A stretch of 64,000 nt of DNA from Pyrodictiaceae archaeon (GTDB lineage Archaea > Thermoproteota > Thermoprotei_A > Sulfolobales > Pyrodictiaceae), in NCBI GenBank assembly GCA_040514295.1, contig JBEVCE010000039.1, forward strand, positions 29,524 through 93,523, written 5' to 3'. The notes below the pieces were generated by a model, which was not told the DNA's origin, ran no database searches, and saw nothing but the letters and a program-made list of their open reading frames with translations. A program made the translations under genes and the position numbers. How positions within the stretch are numbered: position 1 is the first letter of the stretch; every line of letters starts with the position of its first letter. This document shows, in pieces, positions 8,501-18,855 of the stretch.

Positions 8501-8720
8501 CCCTAGACACTATCAGCCAATCCCTTAGTATGGTTATTGATGCCGAGATGAAGACAAAACCTGCTAGGCCAGCCATGATGCCAGCCACTACCCTTGGAGG
8601 ATCACGCTCTAGGAGTGCTAGACTGTACGAGAAGAACGCTATCGAGAGATAGAGCATTACGGCAGCAAAGGCTATCGCTGCACTCATCCTGACAAGCTCC
8701 TTGTCTACGCTGAGCCTCAT
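8469..8720 (-). CDS. Small two-TM membrane protein, last gene of the MoxR operon
   Basis: 83 aa with two hydrophobic helices. Its start lies 4 nt after the stop of the 408-aa ORF, and it is co-directional with the operon. Confidence 0.5.
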   Translation of the reverse strand: MRLSVDKELVRMSAAIAFAAVMLYLSIAFFSYSLALLERDPPRVVAGIMAGLAGFVFISASITILRDWLIVSRAKRVNQEAGE

Positions 8721-8724
8721 GGTA

Positions 8725-9951
8725 TCATCCCCATAATAGTTTTACCGCGAGTTCTAGGAGCTTCTCACTATCCTCTAGACTACGAGTTATGTTTGTTAAA
8801 GCCTTCTCCACCTTAACGTCAAACCCGGCTGGCTCTGGTATCCTACCCCTAGTGAACAAGCCTATTAGGATCTTAGCTGGGTTGAACCCGTAGAGAAGGC
8901 CTAGCGCCACGACGGTTACGGCTAGTATTGCAACTGAGGCTACTAGCATCCTTATCCACCCCTTTGGCCCTGAGAGGCCGGTGACCATAAGCCATCTCCC
9001 GGCATAGTAGGCTAGCGTACCAAGAGCCATAGCTGACACTATGGGTATTGCTTGGACTAGTATGCCTGGAAGCCTATATCCCCCAATAAGGCTTTCAGCA
9101 TAAGGTAGTAGCATTAATGCCATGGAGTAGCCTATGAGGGCTGATGGTATCGAGACGACATAGCCTAGTGCCTGCTGGTGTATAACCTGGTACCAGCTCT
9201 TCCTCCTCCTGAGCCTCTCATACTCTTTCCCAAGGTATCTATCAATGGACCTTGCTAGGGCTTCTGGTGGTGCAGCTATAGCTAGGCCTAGTGGTGTTAC
9301 TATCCTAGAGACGAACGCATATACTATGCCTATAAACGTGAAATAGACTATTGCCTGCAGCAATCTAGTTGATCTAGCTGCAACCCATATGTCTGCTAGC
9401 AAGCCGCTAGGTGTGTAGGATAACATGTAGCTTATAATGCTTCTCAGTGCTACCACGGAGTAGTATGTTATGCCTATTAGGGCAAGATATGCTATGATGA
9501 AGGATAGGATACTTAGCAGCTTGCAACGTAGCTTACACAAGTAGTGGATCGTATCAGGGCTGCCATGCTTCTCGGTATAGTATCTTGTAGAGAAGCTTGA
9601 GAATATACAGGATGTCATGAATAGGGTTAGTAGCAGGGGTAGTCTTGGAGCTACGAGGTAGGGGTCTGCAAGTAGTGCGGCTGCTATAGAAAATACTGCT
9701 ATAACTGCTCCTATGGCACGGTAGGGCCATGCCAGCACAGCTAGTGCTGAAGCAATAGATAATAGTGTAGGCGTGTTGGCGAAGACAATCCTCACCGACG
9801 AGGATTCTATGAGTGCTAAGAGAGGCATTAGCAGAGGGACTACTAGCGAGAAGGTTGTGTAAACGATATATGCGTAGAGGAGGGCTGATGCACCCCTCAA
9901 TATAAGCCATAAGCTTAGTCTAATGATTCTAGCATTCCTCAAGGCAGGCAC
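8725..9951 (-). CDS. Polytopic integral membrane protein (about 10 TM), no family recognised
   Basis: 408 aa, mostly hydrophobic helices, with one cytoplasmic-looking basic loop (DRYLGKEYERLRRRKSWYQ). The start overlaps the DUF58 stop by 1 nt. Confidence 0.65.
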   Translation of the reverse strand: MPALRNARIIRLSLWLILRGASALLYAYIVYTTFSLVVPLLMPLLALIESSSVRIVFANTPTLLSIASALAVLAWPYRAIGAVIAVFSIAAALLADPYLVAPRLPLLLTLFMTSCIFSSFSTRYYTEKHGSPDTIHYLCKLRCKLLSILSFIIAYLALIGITYYSVVALRSIISYMLSYTPSGLLADIWVAARSTRLLQAIVYFTFIGIVYAFVSRIVTPLGLAIAAPPEALARSIDRYLGKEYERLRRRKSWYQVIHQQALGYVVSIPSALIGYSMALMLLPYAESLIGGYRLPGILVQAIPIVSAMALGTLAYYAGRWLMVTGLSGPKGWIRMLVASVAILAVTVVALGLLYGFNPAKILIGLFTRGRIPEPAGFDVKVEKALTNITRSLEDSEKLLELAVKLLWG

Positions 9952-11345
9952 TATCCCATCCTTCTATAAGCCTCGAGTCTAGAGAGGATCATGGAGAGTA
10001 GGTCTGTAGGGCCAGCAGCTAAGACCTTGATGCCTTGTGACCTTAGTATACGGAACATGTCACGGTACTGCTTTATCCTCTCGAAGGCAAGTAGCCTATA
10101 GATCGCAGCGTCAATGCCCTTACCTAGCGCTCTTACCTCGAATAGCGTGGTTAGTGGGGTGACAGCTATCACCTCGTGACGTAGCCTTATGAGTCTTGAA
10201 AGCCTCTCAGCATAAGCCTTGGCGGCCTCCGGGTCTTCATGGAAGTCCGTTAGCAGCATTACGATGGTTTTTTCTCTAGGGAGTATACTTGTTAGCGTCT
10301 TGGAGATAGACTTAACCCTATCCTCGTAGCTTACTCTACTAGCTTCGTCTAGGCTAGGCCATTTAACGGCTGCTAGCCTTCTAAGCGCTATTATACTAGT
10401 CTTCCGTCCTCTAAGCCACGGTGTAGCCGAGGCTTCTCCTTGGGTCCCTGCGACTAGGAGAGTGTAGTAGTCTCCCCGGCTAGCAAAATAAGTTGCAAGT
10501 GATGCTGCAAGCCTCATGCTATATTCTAGCTTCGTTTCCCCTACAACACCATATATCATTGTTGGTGTCACGTCGAGCACTATTATAGCGTATAGTGAAA
10601 CCTCCTGCTCGAACTCCTTGACCATGAGCTTCCTAAGCCTAGCATAGGCCTTCCAGTCCACGAGTCTTATATCATCCCCAGGCATATACTCCCTAACGCT
10701 GTGGAACTCTGTACCTGAGCCCTTCCTGCCAGTCTTCGAAACCCCCGTTGGAAGCGCTGTGGCAATAGAGATCATTATTCTACGTGGTAGTCCGAGGGGC
10801 CTTGGTTGCACCCTTACACGTAGCCCTGTTTTGACTATCCGCTCGGCTCTGAAGAGGCCTAAGGGATCCTCCAATATTAGCCTGGTCTCGCCCCACTCAT
10901 GCTCGCCCATGACAAGCCTAACCCTATACTCTATGACGGCCTCGCCGCCAACTGGTAGGAAGACTACTGCTCGGGGTGCCACGCCAGCTGGTATCTTGAA
11001 GAGTCTTGGGGGGTTATCGATCACGTCTAGCCTTTCTATAAGGATAGGGCTTTTGTTGACTATTCTGAGCCGTACCTTAGCCTCTTTACCCTCAATTAGG
11101 GGTTGTTCAAGCTCATGCTTTACCTCTAGTGAGTCTAATATTGACGCTTTCAAGGCAAAGTATTGTCTAAGCATGATGACTACGATTATTATCGCCATGC
11201 CTATCGAGAGCAGGTAGGCTTGAATCTCGCTGGGAGAGAAGAAGCCTGCTACTGCTAGGAGAGCACCTAGAAGTATAAGAGCTCTGCCATAGCCTGTTAT
11301 TGGAGCTTCATATTCTGTTAGATAGCTTCCAGGGCCTTCAAACAA
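9951..11345 (-). CDS. DUF58 domain protein (vWA-like partner of MoxR ATPases) with N-terminal TM pair
   Basis: Signature block GTEFHSVREYMPGDDIRLVDWKAYARLRKLMVKEFEQE followed by a vWA-like region (LYAIIVLDVTPTM). Confidence 0.85.
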   Translation of the reverse strand: MFEGPGSYLTEYEAPITGYGRALILLGALLAVAGFFSPSEIQAYLLSIGMAIIIVVIMLRQYFALKASILDSLEVKHELEQPLIEGKEAKVRLRIVNKSPILIERLDVIDNPPRLFKIPAGVAPRAVVFLPVGGEAVIEYRVRLVMGEHEWGETRLILEDPLGLFRAERIVKTGLRVRVQPRPLGLPRRIMISIATALPTGVSKTGRKGSGTEFHSVREYMPGDDIRLVDWKAYARLRKLMVKEFEQEVSLYAIIVLDVTPTMIYGVVGETKLEYSMRLAASLATYFASRGDYYTLLVAGTQGEASATPWLRGRKTSIIALRRLAAVKWPSLDEASRVSYEDRVKSISKTLTSILPREKTIVMLLTDFHEDPEAAKAYAERLSRLIRLRHEVIAVTPLTTLFEVRALGKGIDAAIYRLLAFERIKQYRDMFRILRSQGIKVLAAGPTDLLSMILSRLEAYRRMG

Positions 11346-11379
11346 GCCTGGAGGCCTCGCTCTTCCAGTAGAATTTGTT

Positions 11380-12324
11380 CTAGGGCACTGGGACCTCCAC
11401 GCTCTCCAATATGTTCTCTACAATCTTGGACGCTGTTACCCCCTCAACCTCGGCCTCAGGCTTAAGTATGATGCGGTGGGGTAGCACGTAGCGTACAGCC
11501 CTCTTGATGTCATCTGGTATCACATAGTCCCTGCCATCCATCCCCGCTAGTACGCGCCCAATCTGCTGCAACGCTATCGCTGCTCTTGGAGAAGCGCCTA
11601 GCCTTACATCAGGATGCTTATGCGTCGCCTCAACAATGCTGATGATATACTCTCTCACTTCCCTGGACACCTTTATCCTCCACATCTCCTCCCTAGCCTC
11701 TAGAATGTCCTTGGCTGATGCTACTGGTCTTAGAGGCCACTCGTTGATGGTCTTTATCCCCTCTAGTATAGCCATCATTACCTCTCTACTAGGGAATCCT
11801 ATCTCTATTTTTGTTAGGAATCTGTCTAGTTGTGCTTCTGGTAGTGGGAATGTTCCTTCAAGTTCTATCGGGTTTTGTGTTGCTATCACCGTGAATGGTT
11901 CTGGTAGCCTCCACGACTCACCCTCAATAGTAACCTGCTTCTCCTGCATAGCCTCGAGGAGAGCACTCTGGGTACGAGGACTAGCACGATTAACCTCATC
12001 AGCCAAAACAATATTAGCAAAAATAGGGCCCTTGCGTAGGCGGAAGTCGCCTAGCTTCTCGTCAAATATCATTGTCCCTATTACGTCGCTTGGCAGGAGG
12101 TCGGGCGTAAACTGTATCCTCTTAAACTCTAGGTTCAGCGCTGATGCTATTGCCTTGGCTAACGTTGTTTTAGCCACCCCTGGAACCCCCTCTATCAGCA
12201 CATGGCCGTCAGCTATTATCGTAGCTAGTATTATCTTGGCCTCCTCATCTAGCCCATAGACAACCTTACGTACCTCCCCTAGGACAGCGTCAACAAGAGT
12301 CTTTATCTTACCTTGTGAGTTCAA
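11380..12324 (-). CDS. moxR: MoxR-family AAA+ ATPase
   Basis: Walker [34 protein letters not shown], Walker [31 protein letters not shown]. 314 aa is a typical MoxR length. Confidence 0.9.
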   Translation of the reverse strand: MNSQGKIKTLVDAVLGEVRKVVYGLDEEAKIILATIIADGHVLIEGVPGVAKTTLAKAIASALNLEFKRIQFTPDLLPSDVIGTMIFDEKLGDFRLRKGPIFANIVLADEVNRASPRTQSALLEAMQEKQVTIEGESWRLPEPFTVIATQNPIELEGTFPLPEAQLDRFLTKIEIGFPSREVMMAILEGIKTINEWPLRPVASAKDILEAREEMWRIKVSREVREYIISIVEATHKHPDVRLGASPRAAIALQQIGRVLAGMDGRDYVIPDDIKRAVRYVLPHRIILKPEAEVEGVTASKIVENILESVEVPVP

Positions 12325-13672
12325 ACTCGAGACCCCTTAGCTCTCTAAGACTTACGCCTATAGACTCGAATATCCTGTCAGCGCCTTCTATATGGTGTAG
12401 GAGCGCTCTCCTCCACCTTAAAACTATGGGTAGCCTCCTCTTACCACTAACTTTTAAATAAAGTCTATGAAGGCTTGTGAGTTCTCCCTTCAGCCAGTCT
12501 TTATCGAGCCCTGTTCTCGCAGCTAGGAGAGATAGCTTAACATCATCAGCTAGTACCTCCTCGACGCCCGCTCCAAGCCTCCTCTCAAGTACCATGTCTA
12601 GGGCCTCGTATAGGTTTTGGAGTGCTCTCTTAGCCTCCTTAGAGCTTATCTCACCCCTTCTTAGCAACTCATAGATGCTTGTAAACCCATAGACTGCTAT
12701 GGGTGTTAAGGGGCCTGGTGGCGAGAAGTAGGCTAGTACCCTTTCAAGGCTCCTAGCTATAAGCATATAGGCTAGGGCTCCTAGTGAGAGGACAAGGAAG
12801 AGTAGTAACCATTTAACTCTGCCTAGGAATTTTATGAAGGATTCTTCTAGCTGGGTATAATACTTTGTGATCATGGCAACTAGCACACCTGGGTGGAAGA
12901 GGGCCATGGGGCTCCTCGATATTAGCTCGTCTATGCTTGAAACATAGGCTCGGGCTGGGATAATTATAAGCGACGAGGAATTATCAGGGGCCATTAGCCT
13001 AGTGAGGTACTTTGCAAGCTCCATGATACGTGTCTCATTGAGCCCGAGGAGCGCGTTGGTGAATAGATGGCTATCAGAGAATAGTACTACCAAGAGCCCC
13101 TCAGAATAATACTCGGCTCCAATAGTATAGCCCGGGGGGTACACTGTCCTCGAGAACGACGTCCAGCCTTCTATGAGGCTTAGGGGCCTAGCAGTATAAG
13201 CGATATAAAGGCCCTTAGGGTATTCAGCGGCTACAGCCTTAAGCCCGTCAACGTTTATCACGGCACCGCTAAAGCCGGGAGCCGAGCCTACTATACGCGA
13301 GATTAGCTTCAAACACTCCTCGTCCTCCGAGGATACTATAATGCTCGCAACCCCTCCCTTCCCCCTCTCAGCTTTAACGGCACCAGCTATCAGCGAGCTT
13401 AACCCCTCATCGCAATGCCTCGGCCCAGGAAGCCATATAAGCAAATAATCTACTCCCTCAAGGCTCCTAGGAACCTCATAGGCAATCCTATAGCCCATAC
13501 TCCTCAGCAAGTCTACAAGCATGCTATGGCCTAGGGGGCCCGTATCCCCTGGAGACCCCGTCCCAGAGGCTAGAGGACTCCCCTCGAGCACTATTAGTTT
13601 AGGTGTAGCGGTGACAGCCGCCAAGAATGCTATGAGCAGCATAACTGCCTGAAGCCATCTAGGCCCAATCAC
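12308..13672 (-). CDS. DUF4350-like membrane-anchored protein
   Basis: N-terminal signal anchor. [37 protein letters not shown] and [25 protein letters not shown] resemble the DUF4350 pattern as I remember it. A central TM ([19 protein letters not shown]) is followed by a helical cytoplasmic tail. Overlaps both neighbours (4 nt and 17 nt). Confidence 0.6.
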   Translation of the reverse strand: MIGPRWLQAVMLLIAFLAAVTATPKLIVLEGSPLASGTGSPGDTGPLGHSMLVDLLRSMGYRIAYEVPRSLEGVDYLLIWLPGPRHCDEGLSSLIAGAVKAERGKGGVASIIVSSEDEECLKLISRIVGSAPGFSGAVINVDGLKAVAAEYPKGLYIAYTARPLSLIEGWTSFSRTVYPPGYTIGAEYYSEGLLVVLFSDSHLFTNALLGLNETRIMELAKYLTRLMAPDNSSSLIIIPARAYVSSIDELISRSPMALFHPGVLVAMITKYYTQLEESFIKFLGRVKWLLLFLVLSLGALAYMLIARSLERVLAYFSPPGPLTPIAVYGFTSIYELLRRGEISSKEAKRALQNLYEALDMVLERRLGAGVEEVLADDVKLSLLAARTGLDKDWLKGELTSLHRLYLKVSGKRRLPIVLRWRRALLHHIEGADRIFESIGVSLRELRGLEFELTR

Positions 13673-16623
13673 CTTAAAACCCTCTTGATAGCCTCAACTA
13701 TCCTCTTTACATGCTCCTTACTCACCGGATGGTCGCTAAACTTGGCCTCCTCATAAGCTAGTGCCGCCTCGTGATAATACTTTCTAGCCTCGCCACTCAC
13801 CATAGCCTCGTACTCTCTATGTGTAGCGTAGGGGGGTTTAGGGCCATAGACCTTGGAACAGGCTTCTAAGAGCTGCCTAAACCTAGCTATGATCTCCCAT
13901 CTCAGCTCCTGGGGCTCCTCTCCTTGTAAGCCTCTAAACCTAGCTCTAACGATAAGCCTCGTTGTAGCTCTTCTCACGAATAGCGTTAAGTTGCCTTTAT
14001 AGCGGTAGAGGATGGCTACCAGCAAGGCTAAGGTGGAAACCGCTACCACGCCCATAATGGTCTCCCGGGAGCCTAGTAGCGGTAGCCCGGCTGCAGGTGC
14101 TTCGAGTCCGGGAAGGCCTGGTAGGGGTGGCAGGCTCCAGCCATGCCCAGCCCCTCTCGAGGAGAAGGGTCCGGCAAACCCTCCTATTCCTGGTAACAGG
14201 CCTAATCCTCCTAGACTTCTATTAGCCTCCCTCACCCTCCCGCTGAGGCTACTTGAAGCCTCAAGCAGCTTGCGCAGAATATCCTCGCCCCCATGTAGCC
14301 TTATCACCTCTATGATCTTCTCCCTCAGCCCGGTGCCGCTCAAGGCCTCCATGACATCCCTTAGCCCGCTAGGCGAGCTACTAGTCCTAGCAGTCTCCTC
14401 CACCATTCTAGCCATCTTCTCTATACTACCGCCAGACTTCCCGATGATAAAGCCTCTTATGAGCCCCCTATACTCATCTAGGTTTATTGTAAGCCCCTTA
14501 TCCTCGAGCCTAATACTAGACAGTTTGGCTAGGCTCAGGAAGGTATCTAGATCCAGGTCGAGGCCACGCCTCCTAAGCTCATCCCTCAGCCTCTCAGCTA
14601 GCATCATAGCGGTAGCGTAATCCCCTCTCTCTATACTAGACGCTATGCCCTCTACTAGTCCAGCTAGCTCTGGATCCCTTTGCCTTAACAGTCTTGCAGC
14701 CTCTTTAGCCCTCTCAACGAGAGCAGCGAGATTACCTTTAGCTAGCTCCTTGGGAGTGGACACGGTGGGTATGAATCCATAGGCCCATAACCTTAAAGGA
14801 TCCGTTGTACCGGGCTTTAGCCTCCACGGAGCCAGCTTACCATGCTCTGGATCAATCTTTTTCAGTAGGATATAGGCGGTAATCCTGAGGGTAGGCAGGA
14901 ATAAGACTAAGTTGTTGTTGATCTCTCTTAGTGATGCTGCACGCGCAAGCCACCCAGCCTCCTCAATGCTTCTAGCCCTTACACTTCCTCGTGCTATGGC
15001 AGCTGCTAGTCTAGCAGAGTCCTTGGCGATGCTCCCGCCGAACAACGTGATGTTCACATGCTCTTTTATCTCCTGGAGCGCGTCCCCTGACACCGGGATC
15101 GATAACCTTATCGCTAACCTAGACCACACCCTAGCTGAATCGTTAAGATAGGCCTTGAGAGCCTTTAGGGTGAAGTCCCTGGTCTCATGGTGTAGTGCTA
15201 GAGCCTTGTTCTCCCTCAATAAGCGTATAGCGTCACTTTTCTTAGCCATGGCCTTAAAGAACTCGTAGTCTGGGACTGCAAGAGGATTTAGTGAGAGTAT
15301 TGCAAGGGGTGTCGCAGCGGTAGCCAGTACTATGCTCGAGAAGCTTGTATTCAGTTTCTGCGATAGACGTAGCAGGTCCTTAGTGCTAAGCGAGAGGGCC
15401 TCAGCTATACCGGTGTTAACGGCCACTGACCACAGATAGGCAGCGCTCCAGGCTTCAGCATTCTCGGCGGCTATCAAGGCCGAGTATGCATCATTAAAGC
15501 CAAGGCTAGAGAAGCCCTTAGCCACTCTATTCCAGGGCTCAATCCACCTAAACCTGGCAAACACTAGCGAAGCTATTATAGGGTTTAAGAGGTTGGCCTC
15601 CCCTAACAGGCTCCAGAGGTCTAGTAGCCCTGGTTTAGACGTGGTATTAGCTATCCTAGGGCCGCTAGCATCAAGGTAAGATACGAGCGCTACTAACGAC
15701 AGAGTATAGGCCGGGCCCATGCCCCCGCTAGCCCTACTTAGGCTCTCACGAGCCTCCACCATGTCATGATACGTGTTGCTGGCGAGCATCATCACAGCGG
15801 AGGCGCATACGCTGTCAAGGTAGCGTATCGTGGGGAGCAAGTAGGAGTAGTCCACGGTAGCCTGGGGGCCAGCTATTTCCCTCAACCCTCTCGTAGCAAC
15901 ACTACGGGGGACGTACTGGTAGTTTATCTGAGAAAACAGGTAGCAGTAGTCCCTCCTATCCCTAAGCAGGCTGAGAGCCCTAGCCCAGAACTCGTGGTCA
16001 ATGCTACCCGTTAGTGCAGGGATAGCGGCTGCTATCCTTACCAATGGATTGCTAGTAGCATAACTTGTTAATACTCTTATCGCCCGTGTAATAGCTGGCG
16101 ATACATCGCTCGTATACCATGATAGCCGGGAGTGCCATATAGATGTCTCAAGGCTCCTTGAGAAGCCTTCCGCGATACCAGGGTCAACCAGCAACTCATT
16201 CGTAAGAGGCCTCGACAAGGATACAAGGAGAAACTCTAATAGTAAGGAGGCATTACAGCCTATAAGCTTACCTTTAGAGGCATCCTCAACGACCATTATC
16301 CTAATGTCCTCCATTAACGACTCTATGGATGTAGCTAGCTGGCTGGATAACACCGTATTATTCCGTGCCTTGCCGAGCAGTGTAGCCAGCTTTGAGGCCA
16401 TGACAGCTAGCGTGTTATCGGTTAGACACTCGGAAGCATTACCGGCTATGGACGATGCTGCTCCATAACTTATGGCTTGGGAGCTTAGCTTTTCAAGTAA
16501 CATCTTAACCTGACTAGCAACCTCCTCCTCGAAGCTGGAGTCGCCAGCGCTAGCGGGGACCATCCAAATGATGGCCGAGAATGCTAGCAATGATAATACT
16601 ATAACCGCGTAGAGTCTAGCCAA
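13669..16623 (-). CDS. 984-aa surface protein: signal anchor, about 830-aa unassigned alpha-helical ectodomain, Gly/Pro linker, TM, cytoplasmic DUF4129-like tail
   Basis: TTG start preceded by GGAGGGG. N-terminal MARLYAVIVLSLLAFSAIIWMVPASA. Linker GLGLLPGIGGFAGPFSSRGAGHGWSLPPLPGLPGLEAPAAGLPLLG. TM IMGVVAVSTLALLVAILY. The tail ...ATHREYEAMVSGEARKYYHEAALAYEEAKFSDHPVSKEHV matches the DUF4129 T-x-x-E-Y ... Y-E-x-A-x-(Y/F) pattern. Confidence 0.7.
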   Translation of the reverse strand: MARLYAVIVLSLLAFSAIIWMVPASAGDSSFEEEVASQVKMLLEKLSSQAISYGAASSIAGNASECLTDNTLAVMASKLATLLGKARNNTVLSSQLATSIESLMEDIRIMVVEDASKGKLIGCNASLLLEFLLVSLSRPLTNELLVDPGIAEGFSRSLETSIWHSRLSWYTSDVSPAITRAIRVLTSYATSNPLVRIAAAIPALTGSIDHEFWARALSLLRDRRDYCYLFSQINYQYVPRSVATRGLREIAGPQATVDYSYLLPTIRYLDSVCASAVMMLASNTYHDMVEARESLSRASGGMGPAYTLSLVALVSYLDASGPRIANTTSKPGLLDLWSLLGEANLLNPIIASLVFARFRWIEPWNRVAKGFSSLGFNDAYSALIAAENAEAWSAAYLWSVAVNTGIAEALSLSTKDLLRLSQKLNTSFSSIVLATAATPLAILSLNPLAVPDYEFFKAMAKKSDAIRLLRENKALALHHETRDFTLKALKAYLNDSARVWSRLAIRLSIPVSGDALQEIKEHVNITLFGGSIAKDSARLAAAIARGSVRARSIEEAGWLARAASLREINNNLVLFLPTLRITAYILLKKIDPEHGKLAPWRLKPGTTDPLRLWAYGFIPTVSTPKELAKGNLAALVERAKEAARLLRQRDPELAGLVEGIASSIERGDYATAMMLAERLRDELRRRGLDLDLDTFLSLAKLSSIRLEDKGLTINLDEYRGLIRGFIIGKSGGSIEKMARMVEETARTSSSPSGLRDVMEALSGTGLREKIIEVIRLHGGEDILRKLLEASSSLSGRVREANRSLGGLGLLPGIGGFAGPFSSRGAGHGWSLPPLPGLPGLEAPAAGLPLLGSRETIMGVVAVSTLALLVAILYRYKGNLTLFVRRATTRLIVRARFRGLQGEEPQELRWEIIARFRQLLEACSKVYGPKPPYATHREYEAMVSGEARKYYHEAALAYEEAKFSDHPVSKEHVKRIVEAIKRVLR

Positions 16624-16691
16624 ATAGAGTAACCCCTCCTAGCTCTAGGGAGAGAAGCACCTAATAGCTTAGCCCTCTAAGGAGACGCCTC

Positions 16692-17030
16692 ATGAGGGGC
16701 AGGAGGTTGAAGGCCAGAGTCTACGGCAACGAGGAGGTTAAGAGGATCATAGCATTCATCCCTCCAGGCCATTACCATGTAAGGCTGATACTTGAGCTAG
16801 CCGACAAGACAATAATACTCCAAGAGGCCACGGTGGCAGCTATAGTTAGGGCTTATGCATCCACAGCACTACATCCGACGAAAAGGGCTACGGAACTCGT
16901 GCACCGCGTCCTCTCCCCGAGGGATAAAAAGCAGGGGTTTGCAAGCCACCAGCTCGTCGAGTCAAGTAGGCGGGAGGACGAGATCCTGGAAGAGGCTACT
17001 AGGATTCTAGAGGAGGCTGAGAGGGGCTAG
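16692..17030 (+). CDS. Hypothetical 112-aa protein
   Basis: ATG-started ORF whose stop lies 2 nt before the start of the next gene. No recognisable motifs. Confidence 0.5.
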   Translation: MRGRRLKARVYGNEEVKRIIAFIPPGHYHVRLILELADKTIILQEATVAAIVRAYASTALHPTKRATELVHRVLSPRDKKQGFASHQLVESSRREDEILEEATRILEEAERG

Positions 17031-17032
17031 CA

Positions 17033-17794
17033 TTGAGGAGGCCCTACGTGCTACTCTTCTCCACTATGACGCTTGATGGAAGGATAGCTTCCTCAACAGG
17101 GTATAGTATGCTAAGTTGTAGCTACGACCTAGCTAGGCTAAGGCTTCTAAGAGGCTATGTAGAAGCTGTCATGGTCGGTGCTAATACTGTTCTCGCCGAT
17201 AACCCGTCTCTCGAGAAGAGGATTGAGCCTAGGACAGCGAGATACTACAGGATAATTGTCGATGGTAGGCTTAGGACAGCCAGGCACGCCGATAAGCTAA
17301 GAATCTATAGTGGGCAAGGCCCGCCAGTCATAGTTATCACCGGCCTCCGAGATAAAGAGGCTATAAGGCTTTTAAAAGAGCATGGCGCCAGCATAGTCGT
17401 AGCAGGTAGTGATGGTAGAGTCGACCTAAGAAGAGCCTTGAACATACTCCTAGAGGAGTATGAGATAAACTCCATTCTCGTCGAGGGTGGGGGTATATTA
17501 GCCTATAACCTCGCTAGAAGCGGCCTCCTAGACGAAGTCAGAGTCACGGTCACTCCCTTCGTATTCGGCTCTGGTAGGAGCATCTTCGACGACCCCCAGG
17601 GCAGGGGCTTTACAACGACTGCTGAGTCGCCTAAGCTTGAGCTGAAATGCGTCGAACACTGCCCGTGCGGCCACTGTATACACTTAGCCTATCGTTTTAC
17701 CCCGTGCTGCCCAGCAGAATCTAGCCCAGAGATACCATATTGTTTATCATCTAGGCTAGCGGCTTACCTCTCTCATCGAGTTGAAAAGGGCTAA
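17033..17794 (+). CDS. ribD: 2,5-diamino-6-ribosylamino-4(3H)-pyrimidinone 5'-phosphate reductase (RibD C-terminal domain family, riboflavin/F420 precursor pathway)
   Basis: PYVLLFSTMTLDGRIASSTGYS...AVMVGANTVLADNPSL...ILVEGGGILAYNLARSGLLDEVRVTVTPFVFG is a typical RibD_C/DHFR-like reductase. TTG start. The C-terminal ~30 aa overlap the convergent gene by 39 nt. Confidence 0.85.
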   Translation: MRRPYVLLFSTMTLDGRIASSTGYSMLSCSYDLARLRLLRGYVEAVMVGANTVLADNPSLEKRIEPRTARYYRIIVDGRLRTARHADKLRIYSGQGPPVIVITGLRDKEAIRLLKEHGASIVVAGSDGRVDLRRALNILLEEYEINSILVEGGGILAYNLARSGLLDEVRVTVTPFVFGSGRSIFDDPQGRGFTTTAESPKLELKCVEHCPCGHCIHLAYRFTPCCPAESSPEIPYCLSSRLAAYLSHRVEKG

Positions 17795-18700
17795 TAGGAT
17801 CAATACAGCCCCCATAATCTGTTGGGGCGTGAGTGTTTCGCTTAGGACTATGTTAGAGAAGACAGCGGCTAGTACAGGCTCCAGCAGGAATACGAGCCCG
17901 GCTATGGCTGGCCGGACAAATCTCTGCCCGTAGACCTGAGCTGCAAAAGCGATATCGCTACATACGAGCCCGAGATAGATTATGGCTGGTAGGACCAGCA
18001 AGGTCTTATCCAACTCATTGCCAGGATTAGAGTCTAGCAGTATGAAGCCGAGGGCTGGCGCCATTTCGAAGAACACGAAGACTAGTGGATCCCCTCTACT
18101 ATACTTATCAACTAGTATCACCTGGGCAGCCCAGGCTACAGCACCAACAAGTACTAGCATGTCTCCAAGACCTAGTCCTCCCGTAGGCCTAGTGAGTAGG
18201 TAAAGCCCAGCAATACTGAAGGCTAGGGAGGCTCCTAGTCTCCAACTATACCTTCTAGTGAATAGTGCCTCGTAAACGTGTATGAAGACTACATTAAGGC
18301 CTGTTATGAACGCGGAATTAGATGCAGTGGTGAGCCCAGTACCCCAGCCTTGAAGCCAGAGCCCCAACGCATAGGCTATACCAGTAACAAGACCCCCTTT
18401 AGCAACAGCAACTCCTAGGCCCCCTCTTAAAGCCTTATAGGCTACATAGGGCGAGAGCCCGAGCATGGCTATGAGGCTTCTAAGCCAGACGTACCTAGCA
18501 CCTCCAATCCCGGTGACCACTATCTTGATGAAGGGGAATGATGACGCCCATAGTACTGTTGTCAGAAGGAGCGACAGAATACCTACAGTTACTAGCCTTC
18601 CCCTAGCTCTGTCCCCTGCAGGCTCCCCCCAGCCACCGTGACTTCCAACCATTTTCTTGATCTTCAAAGTATTTTTAAACCATGGTGGATGGCTTATCAA
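17756..18700 (-). CDS. EamA/DMT-family transporter
   Basis: About 10 TM with two EamA-like halves (LWASSFPFIKI..., VGAVAWAAQVILVDKY...). The true start may be an internal Met (MVGSHGG). Confidence 0.8.
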   Translation of the reverse strand: MISHPPWFKNTLKIKKMVGSHGGWGEPAGDRARGRLVTVGILSLLLTTVLWASSFPFIKIVVTGIGGARYVWLRSLIAMLGLSPYVAYKALRGGLGVAVAKGGLVTGIAYALGLWLQGWGTGLTTASNSAFITGLNVVFIHVYEALFTRRYSWRLGASLAFSIAGLYLLTRPTGGLGLGDMLVLVGAVAWAAQVILVDKYSRGDPLVFVFFEMAPALGFILLDSNPGNELDKTLLVLPAIIYLGLVCSDIAFAAQVYGQRFVRPAIAGLVFLLEPVLAAVFSNIVLSETLTPQQIMGAVLILLALFNSMREVSR

Positions 18701-18855
18701 GCTCCTGCGCGAAGCTCCTCACCGTGTTTGCCCAGGGTTCTTGGAGCCTCGTGGCCGCTAAACAAGTTTAGTACGCTCTACTAAAGTGCTTTCTAAGCAG
18801 AGCAACCGTCTCCTGAATAACGTTAGAAATAGCCTTATCGGCGCTCCTAGAAACC

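Noticed and set aside
10759-14620. Long antisense ORFs inside the MoxR operon (10759..11217, 11636..12259, 12477..12674, 14012..14620)
   Set aside because: The products are Ser/Pro/Leu/Arg-rich and low-complexity, and each is fully embedded antisense to genes with clear family motifs. This is typical of shadow frames.
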